Positions 54,975 through 64,000 of a stretch of 64,000 bases of DNA are shown here, one piece after another. Position 1 is the first letter of the stretch. Every line of letters starts with the position of its first letter. Source of the DNA: Lingula anatina (Eukaryota; Animalia; Brachiopoda); contig CM120641.1 of assembly GCA_051362555.1 (NCBI GenBank), positions 23,132,401-23,196,400 on the forward strand, written 5' to 3'. Below the pieces are notes generated by a model that saw only the letters and a program-made list of their open reading frames with translations, was not told the DNA's origin and did not search any database. Made by a program: the position numbers and the translations under genes.

Positions 54975-57900
54975 ATGGCTTCGCTGGCGAGGTATGTTAC
55001 TTTGAGAAAACTATTATTATTCCAACTAAGCCCCACAGGTCACCTGATTTTTATAAGAAACGAACATTTGAAGTAAACATCATGTAAACGGTGGGATTTT
55101 TAGCCCATTGAATGCCTAATTAAACCCATCCTTGAGTTGGAAAATACTGTGCAAATTGCACACAGAGCACTGGACATTTTTTTGCCACTGATTGCCTCTT
55201 ATTGGACAAATATTCGTGATATTTTTTTTCACACACCATGTTTTTATCAGTAATTATACTCAAGATGACGAAATAGCACCGTTTTTAATTTTTATGAGAT
55301 AACACAGTGTGATTTTTGTTATTTCTCAGATGTTATAAAGTCTCATTCAATCTGAATAAATTGTCTTCTCCTTTCTAAGCGTCAGTCAGGATCTTGCAGT
55401 TAAGGCCGTTGTTTAGAAAAAAAAACATGATGGTGGCCTGTACTGAAGGAAACTAGAGTTGATTTCCCTCAAATGTTAATCCTCCATAGCACAGTGTAGT
55501 AGTAAAAACGATATGTCATTTATTCCAGTATACTCCCTACTCCGTCACAAAACTTTTATGATAGAGATGAAGATGAAAGGCGACAAAGGCAACAAACTCA
55601 GGTAAAAGAATAGTGATTGATTTTGTGTTGTGATTTTGTGTTTTGTGTTGTTGCACTGGACAGTTATAATTTTATTATAAATACTTTCACTTCAGTACTG
55701 TCACATAATAATTTATGCTGCTACCTCTGTAAGTTTCAACTATTTAAGTGAAACATTGATATTAAGCATTTTAAATAAAAGCTCATCTGAATCCAAAAGA
55801 TTTGTATCAGTAACATTATAATCTTTTTGGTTGTGTGATGACTTGCACTGAATTCTTCTGATTCATTAAAACTTGTACCTTCAGCTGATGCCTGTTAGCA
55901 GGAAGACTGCCCCACCATACGGACACAGGAAAGGCTGGGTTCCTAGATCTCAGGATGTTAGTACCAACTATGTCTTATTTGTCTGAAAACTATCCCCAAT
56001 TTGATTTCACATGATTGACCATTCATGTCTCATATTTCAGACATGATGGTATCTGATTTCATTAAATAATAAAGAAAATACTTGATATTAGTTCTTTTCC
56101 CAGCATGCAATGTATTGTTAAGTAATGGAATATAATACATATAGATTATTCTTTTGTCGGTAGGTATCTTGCAAAAGCATATTAGATATTTTGAGTAAAG
56201 CCATGTGTGTATCGGATTGTGATACACAAATTGCTATGGCATCTAGTGTTGTACAGCATTCACTATTTTATTGTTTAGGATTTTGGTGATGGAGGTGCAT
56301 ACCCAGAGGTCCCTATTGCCCAGTACCCATTAGCTATGGGAAAAAAGAAAAGCACATCAAATGCTTTGGCACTGCAGACAGATAGCACTGGAAAAATTAG
56401 GTTTGATGCCATAGCTAGACAAGGACATGGCAAAGACAAGGTGAGACATTTTTAATGCAGCTATTTGTTGTTTTGGCAAGGTTTTAGACATCCTTTAATG
56501 GTGTTAGGAATCGTATGAACAGAATTGACCTTATTGCTGCTGTGTAGATTATTGAGATTATTGATAGAAAATGTCACATTTACTTTGCTAGAAAGATTGC
56601 TGTAGGTGTTTGTAATAGTTGTTCGTTTTCAAATCAGGTGATCCACAGTCAGTTTCAAGATTTGCTGCCAAAACCCATGGATGAAGATGACCCAGAGCTG
56701 GAAAAGCCAGATGATGAACAAATTGCAGAGGTACTGTGATGAGTTAGTGACATATTGTGTTATTGTGGGGTTTAGATAAATTGGATTACAGTATCTGTTT
56801 GGCATGTCAATGAATTACTAATTACTGAGTAAGACCTACAAAGTTTCCTTAATTGTACCACCAGCGTTAGCGCTGGCGGTACACATGGTTTTAGTCCCGT
56901 CCGGTCCGTTCCGCCGGCTCCTGCGGCTCCGCCGCCATATTACCGTTACCGCTTCTCCTCCTAGACGGTTAGGGCCCCCATACCCATCTCTTGGATTTAG
57001 GTCACCTATAATCTCAACTCGTTCCACGTAAAATTTGGGCTTTGTCGGTATTGGGGTCTAGGTGTGGCATTCATTGCAATGCACCCTTGTCCAAAAATGG
57101 CAAAATTAAATGCTAATTATCTCCCCTACGGAAGGAATTATGGGAAAAATTTCTACAGACAGCTTTCCAAAAGTCGTATGTGTAGATTTCAAATATGCCC
57201 TTGGATTTGACCTTTGACCTTTATTTCAAGGTCAAACAGGCCAAAATTTTCAAAAAAACAAAATTTTTGCCGAAAAAAAAATGATTTGCGCTCTTATTCA
57301 GACACCACACAGACTTAACTAACAATATTAATGGAAAGTGTTACATTTCGGGTCATCTTTCATCTCCGTGAATTTGGGGTCAATCGGTGCATTTTCACGG
57401 GAGTAGCGGCCATAAGATATCGAAACTGAAAACTGTCTCTAATTCGGGAACCGTTAATGCTAGACACTCATTCTTTTTTGCATTTTGTAGAGCATGTAAA
57501 GCCCAACACTGGAGGTGGTCTCCGTTTTTTTGTATTCCATACGGTTTGCCAGCAATCTATACTGGCAATCTAAATGTGACCTTAAAATTGACCTTTGACC
57601 TACTTTTCACCATGAACTGAACTTTGCAAATTTTGCTTCCCTTTTATCTCCAAAACTGGCAGAGATAGGTCCATAGTCTCTATTGAACTTGAATAGGAAG
57701 TCATATACTGGCAATCTTAAAGTGACCTTAAAATTGACCTTTGACCTACTTTTCACCATGAACTGAACTTTGCAAATTTTGCTTCCCTTTTATCTCCAAA
57801 ACTGGCAGAGATAGGTCCATAGTTACTATTGAAGTTGAATAGGAAGTCATATACTGGCAATCTACATGTGACCTTAAAATTGACCTTTGACCTACTTTTC

Positions 57901-60900
57901 ACCATGAACTGAACTTTGCAAATTTTGCTTCCCTTTCATCTCCAAAACTGGCAGAGATAGGTCCATAGTTTCTATTGAACTTGAATAGGAAGTCATATAC
58001 TGGCAATCTACATGTGACCTTAAAATTGACCTTTGACCTACTTTTCACCATGAACTGAACTTTGCAAACTTTGCTTCCCTTTTATCTCCAAAACTGGCAG
58101 AGATAGGTCCATAGTCTCTATTGAACTTGAATAGGAAGTCATATGCTGGCAATCTAAATGTGACCTTAAAATTGACCTTTGACCTACTTTTCACCATGAA
58201 CTGAACTTTGCAAATTTTGCTTCCCTTTTATCTCCAAAACTGGCAGAGATAGGTCCATAGTTACTATTGAACTTGAATAGGAAGTCATATACTGGCAATC
58301 TAAATGTGACCTTAAAATTGACCTTTGACCTACTTTTCACCATGAACTGAACTTTGCAAATTTTGCTTCCCTTTTATCTCCAAAACTGGCAGAGATAGGC
58401 CCATAGTTACTATTGAAGTTGAATAGGAAGTCATATACTGGCAATTTACTGTGACCTTGGAATTGACCTTTGACCTACCTTACCATGAACTTAACTTTGA
58501 TTGTACCATTTTTAGTTATATATATATTTTTTGCATATTTTGAAAATTCTTGTTGATTGCATTTTTACAGCTTGTCAAGCACAAGACTGGTGGCTGTGTT
58601 CCTTATTTTGTGTATGTGGGGGTCTGTACGAATGCGCTTGCTCCAGCTGGTGGTACAATATTCGGAGGCGGTATCGCCTCTCTGATCCTCTAGTATTTGA
58701 TATTTTTATGTAGGGTTTCAGGTTTTTCATCTAAGGTTCTGGGTTTGGGTTATTTTAATTTTGTGGTTGTCACATCAGAAATTTTTATTTGTGCATTTTT
58801 TCATGAAAATATCATGGTATTAGTGATACTATTCATGAAAATGGCATTTCTACCACTCACAGACCACAGATAAAACACGCCAGGCTTTGGAGAAGATAGT
58901 TCAAGGTAAAATCTCTGCAGCCTTGCCAGTGCGCCATGCTGAGAAGCAGGCTCCAGCACAGTATGTTAGGTATACACCCTCCCAGCAAGGGGTGGCCTTC
59001 AACTCTGGAGCCAAGCAGAGAATCATTAGGATGGTTGATGTACAGAAAGACCCTATGGAACCCCCAAGATTTAAGTGAGTTTTAGCATACTCAAAAGCCC
59101 AATGGTGTGCAGCCTAGGTGAATTAATTCCACTCTTTAATTAAATATGTATTTTATGAAAAGTAATGAATGTTATAATGGTAAATGCATTTTATGTTTTA
59201 GTTTGTAATTATGTAATTAGAAAGTTTTGATGATGTAATATGAGCTTTGTTTGTTGTTTAGAACTAACAAGAAAATACCCAGAGGACCACCGTCTCCTCC
59301 AGCTCCAGTGATGCATTCCCCAAACAGAAAAGTAAGCAACTTTGTGATCTGTAGTTATAATTTACCTCATGTGTGTAATGTATATTTTGATTATTCAAAA
59401 ATCCCTCAATCAGATTATCAATGAATTCTCTTTGAAGAATAATTTTTATGTTTCTATTGTTGACAGGTTACAGTAAAAGAGCAGCAAGAATGGAAAATAC
59501 CACCATGTATTTCAAACTGGAAAAATGCAAAGGTGAGATTTGAAAAATTAATAGATATAATATTTTTGACTAGATAAAATGAAATTGTAGGTTAAACAAA
59601 ATTGTTTTATCAAATAAAATATGTTGAACCTATATGTTCATTTAGTAATACATTTCAAATTTAAATACATTTTTATCAATTTATTCTTCAGGGATACACC
59701 ATTCCATTGGACAAGCGTCTTGCAGCTGATGGCAGAGGTTTGCAAGGAGTCCATATTAATGAAAATTTTGCCAAACTTGCAGAAGCTTTGTACATAGCAG
59801 ACAGAAAAGTATGTACAGAAAGACATTCAGAAAAGACTTTAATTGAGCTGTCTATTTTTTCATTTAAAGATGGTTAGTGAATAATGATCATGATTGTCAG
59901 TGAAAACTAGGGGCTGAAGTTTTTCTTCAGAATGGTTGTCACCCAGTTTTTGTTTATAATTGAGATCTCTGTGAATGATTTCACATAACAGTTATTCCCA
60001 CGTTTTCATAGGCACGTGAAGCAGTAGAAGTAAGAGCACAGTTGGAAAAGAAGATGGCACAGAAAGAAAAGGAGAAGAAAGAAGAAAGTTTGCGACTATT
60101 GGCTCAAAAGGCAAGGGAACAAAGGGCTGGCATTAAAAGAGTGGATGGTAAGAAACCAACATTTCAAAGTTTACCTTTGATCCAAAGCAAGGAGTCTCTT
60201 TCTTTTTGTAAGGAACATTAATTTGCCTGTCAGTATTTTGAAGTAATATTAAAAAGCAAACTGCATAAATGAGGCAGAAAATTCATAGAGTGACATATTT
60301 TGCTTCTTTCACTTTTCCAGATGGAGATGATGAAGCCAGGGAGAGAGATGAACTACGAAGAGACAGGCAAAAGGACAGGCAGAGGGAAAGAAATCTTGCC
60401 AGAGCTGCACCAGATAAAAGGTGAAGATAATGTCTATTTCCAGCTACATTTCCTCACCGGCAAAATTGGATACAATGTCATTGATTCTGTACCCTCAAGT
60501 TAAAAATCATAAAGCAGAATGGTGTCAAAGTGCTTGTTGCAATGGGTTGTTAGTATATGCTCCATGGATTTGTAGGAAAACAATGTGTTTACACTACTTT
60601 CAATTAATTAAGGTCGAAGCTTCAGCGTGACCAAGATCGTGATGTTAGTGAAAAGATTGCCCTGGGACTTCCAAATGCTGGGAGATCCCAGGATGCTCAG
60701 TTTGATCAAAGGTTGTTCAACCAGAGCAAGGTAAGTTCTATTTTCAGTGTTTTCTAAACATCAAAATATACAATGTTGATTGAATAATCAGATGTAAATT
60801 AATGAAATATATATCTTTTCCAATTTTCACCTTAATGTCTTCAAAAGTAAATGAATTTCAGACAAGTTATAGATGAAGTAGGTTTTAAATAAGTTGGAAA

Positions 60901-61490
60901 TACCTACATCTTTGTATATTTCAGGGAATGGATAGTGGTTTTAATGAAGATGATTCATACAATGTATATGACAAACCATGGCGAGGAGATCAAGACATTG
61001 CTGGCTCCATCTACAGACCGTCCAAGAATCTGGATAAAGACATCTACGGAGATGATCTGGACAAACTCATCAACACAAACAGGTTTGTCTAGATTTTAAT
61101 TTGATCTGCTTGATAAGTTCCTTTGATGTAATGGTCTTAAGCCATCAGTAAAAACAATTTTTGATGAAAAATGTACTTCTTTTCTTTTTTTTGTTTGGAA
61201 AAAATTTGTTGAAGTGTACAGAATTGAACAGTTTCATTTCTTTATGGTGCCCTTAAATCCAGGTATAACTTTGTCATTTCAGATTTGTGCCAGATAAGGA
61301 ATTTTCTGGAACAGACAGAACCAGAAGACGAGAAGGACCTGTTCAGTTTGAACGAGATGAGGAGGAGGATCCTTTCGGTCTCAATAAATTCTTGACTGAA
61401 GCCAAAAAAGGTGGTGCTGCCAAACGTCCAGCAGAGGACTCTCGGTCTAGTCGTGATTATGATAAGGGCAAGAAAAGACGAGATTACTGA
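54975..61490 (+). CDS. SNW1: SNW domain-containing protein 1 (SKIP/Prp45 spliceosome factor), 14 exons
   Basis: 54975-54991 (MASLA), 55530-55601, 55885-55956 (APPYGHRKGWVPR), 56279-56440 (DFGDGGAYPEV), 56638-56730, 58863-59075 (YTPSQQGVAFNSGAKQRIIRMV..DPMEPPRFK), 59263-59331 (IPRGPPSPPAPVMHSP), 59467-59532 (IPPCISNWKNAK), 59692-59808, 60012-60147, 60321-60420, 60613-60730 (FDQRLFNQ), 60925-61082, 61282-61490 (REGPVQFE..DPFGLNKFL). Confidence 0.97.
56849..58694 (+). mobile_element. Non-autonomous Helentron/Helitron-like element (HINE), copy 2
   Basis: 5' subTIR plus palindrome attgtaccaccagcgttagcgctggcggtac; gtcc microsatellite-like seed; 3' subTIR gctggtggtacaat; hairpin gaggcggtatcgcctc; terminal ctagt. 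Homologous to 12551-14132. In SNW1 intron 5. Confidence 0.85.
57561..58500 (+). repeat. Tandem array of about 6.4 x 146-bp units
   Basis: Unit start (a/g)ctggcaat at 57561, 57707, 57853, 57999, 58145, 58291, 58437; units nearly identical. Confidence 0.97.
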
Positions 61491-62694
61491 TCTTGTGTAA
61501 ACAGCAGGATCTTGATATGAACTATGGCAATCATGTATAATATGTATATCAGATGTGTAAAAAAAAAAAAAAAGAAGTGAACTGACCCACCTAAAGGGAG
61601 TAATAACACTAGCAGTGAATTGTATACCTGTGCTGCAGATGCAGTCGCATTTGATAGAGATTACTAAGGAAATCACGTGGTAGATTATCCTGTCAGATAT
61701 TTGATAAGGAAGAAGCTTTTACAGACTCAACATTTGTTTTCGTGGTAACGATCTTCGATTTTGAAAGGTGCTGCAGTTGACTGCAAACCACCAATCTGCT
61801 AGGGCTTCTAGGGAGCATGTTGAAATGAATGTCGTCCAATACAGCGATACCTTTCTTGAAGTTGCACCTTTCAGATATGCAGATGCCCTATCACTTTGTA
61901 AATGATTTCTGGTGATTTGTCGATACCCTGGTTTCGTATCAGCTAAAGTCCTATTTCGATCCAGGGTAGTCGTCATGGAATATAGTAAGAATATATCATT
62001 GGCACACGAAGAGTGTGGAGGAATTCAGTCTAGACTGTTTTAAATCGAGGGTGGAGTGATGCATTTTGAAAAGATAACATTGGTGAAGTTACGTATGGAC
62101 TTTTAAATGTTTTTATGAAAATCACGAAATCTAAAACGATATTTCTAATGATTGATAAAAGATTTATAGGGCAATATTAAGATTTATAAAAGTTTCAAGG
62201 CGTTTTGTTTTTTCTTCTAGTTTCCGCTGAGACAAAAACCGACGTTCGAGTTGTTAGACTTATAAGAGAGCTCGCTGCCCGCAGTATGCACAAAGCAATA
62301 TTCAAAAGAGTGTTATCATTTGAAACTGAATGTACATATATTTTTGTTATGTTTTGCCAAGACGTAATCTTTGTTTGACCCAAGGTAACGTGATGACAAA
62401 AAGAACACGATGAGTTTGTTGGTGCGTTCCACGTCAGGGCGTTTTTCAGGCTCGGTAGATTAAATGTCAACTGTGGGAGTCGCTCCTACATCGTGCCACA
62501 CGGTCAGTTATCTTTGGAAAGTCGAAAAGGCCGAGTACAAAACTAAAAAGCTGAAGGTAGTGAACTTTATATGAGAAAGTGCGTTTTTTTTTCTTACTAA
62601 AGGAGGTAAAAGTTTGCGAAAGAAAGCGTTCTTCTCCTGGATCTGTTGTTCATCAAGGTCTAACATGTTCTCTCTATATCTTCCTCGGTAAACA

Positions 62695-63200
62695 ATGACC
62701 TTGTTAACAGGGTTAGTAGCGACATATGTATATATGAAAAGACGTCTTTTTGTGAAAAAAAAAATAATAAAAGCGTTAGATATCTATACAAAGAAAGACT
62801 GGGAAAACCTAGATGTGACAAACTTTATGAGACCGTTACCTTCTCTCACAGTTACTGGGTATATCTTGCAAGACGCATGGTCTATGTTCAATGAGGCATG
62901 CTGTTTTAAATTAAACAGATTCTGAGTCAAATTAGTCATGGGACTTGTTATTTACTTATTCGCGGTGGAAAAAAAATTGCAAATGGACAGACGTAGGCCT
63001 TCGGAATCTACAACAGGAATTTTACATGATGCCCAACAAGTCTAAACAGATATGGATGAGCGAACTATATCTGACTAAACCAACAACCTTCCAAATATGT
63101 TGAGAAGGCATAGTATTAGGTCTTGGTGCAATTCTGCAATGAGGCTCAAGGATCTGCATATACCAAGAGATCAAAAAATTATCAACTAATCTGTTTGTCC
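62695..63200 (+). pseudogene. Possible decayed non-LTR retrotransposon (CR1/L2-like ORF2 linker) fragment
   Basis: Stop-interrupted frames (KDWENLDVTNFMRPL..QDAWSMFNEACCFKLNRF; AKWTDVGLRNLQQE) loosely resemble the endonuclease-RT linker. No diagnostic RT motif seen. Confidence 0.25.
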
Positions 63201-64000
63201 ACTGAAATCACTGTTACTTGAGAATTTTTACAACAGTAAGACCCCAATCAAAACGCTCCATACTTGTTGTAATTTGCATAACAATAAGTCGCTCAGCGTA
63301 GTGCGAACTATCTTCTTGACTGGTCATTTGACAGCTTGACCATGTAAGAGGACATAGTAAAGGCGTGGTGAAGTCGCAGAACCGAACATGACATCCGTTG
63401 CAGTTTGGACCTATCACGTATGAGGGATCCATGGTTGAGGCAAATGTTTTGTGAGTAAAATGTCTTTTGTAATCCTATAAAAGTGGAAAGAAGTTGCGTC
63501 TTATGCGTATAATTCGATAATGCGGTGTGTTTGGCTATTGTCAGAGTAATTTAAATACTTCTCCCGACGAATTCATACTATATTACCAAGTTATAATATC
63601 GTATATCCTATTATATTACACGAACTAAACTTTCAGTTTGTCTGCGTAGTTTACTGCATTTACTGAAAGCTGTACGTTGATAGTTTCTGGAAATCTTGAT
63701 CTGCCAATAGACATAATTAATAATAAAAGTTGTACATGTATTTGCTATTACTTTATGGTGCCCAGATACTGTCACTTGAATAGCAGCCACACCACATAAA
63801 TTGGGCATTGGAACACAGTTGTGTTTTAAAAGGCTTCTGTATTAGTACTTTGTGAATTAGTGTGAACCTTCTCAGGTGCCTACATTAGAAACTGTTCTGT
63901 GTAACATTTCGTTTATAAATAAACATTTAATACACTAACGTAGTAGTTTATTCATGTTATATAAGCAGGCTGTACTCATTATTTTGAAATATCGAAGAAC

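Noticed and set aside
57561-58500. CRISPR-like array
   Set aside because: Units are wholly repeated with no unique spacers; eukaryotic intron; no cas genes.
58794-58843. AU-rich hairpin before SNW1 exon 6 as a pre-miRNA
   Set aside because: Driven by a self-complementary ttttcatgaaaa motif; short and low-complexity.

Overview
AT-rich, gene-dense eukaryotic (invertebrate animal, probably lophotrochozoan; inference) genomic DNA with short spliceosomal introns. Most entries in the ORF track are single exons or noise. Splicing by eye gives ten multi-exon genes: TXNDC11 (-), DNAJB12/14 (-), a boudin-like Ly6/uPAR GPI protein (+), RPL18 (-), sphingosine kinase (+), an unrecognised small multi-pass membrane protein (+), ZFPL1 (-), NEPRO (+), ADCK1 (-) and SNW1 (+). 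Eight of them sit in four head-to-head pairs; two pairs (RPL18-SPHK, ADCK1-SNW1) mirror divergent neighbours in human. Introns carry non-autonomous DNA elements: two Helentron/HINE-like copies with a 146-bp tandem unit containing a perfect DR1 nuclear-receptor site, a piggyBac-type TTAA element and several MITEs. There is also a U12-type intron (NEPRO), a GC-AG intron (ADCK1) and a perfect 21-bp hairpin. No prokaryotic features, CRISPR, rRNA or tRNA were seen. Exon coordinates were read manually and may be off by a few bases.
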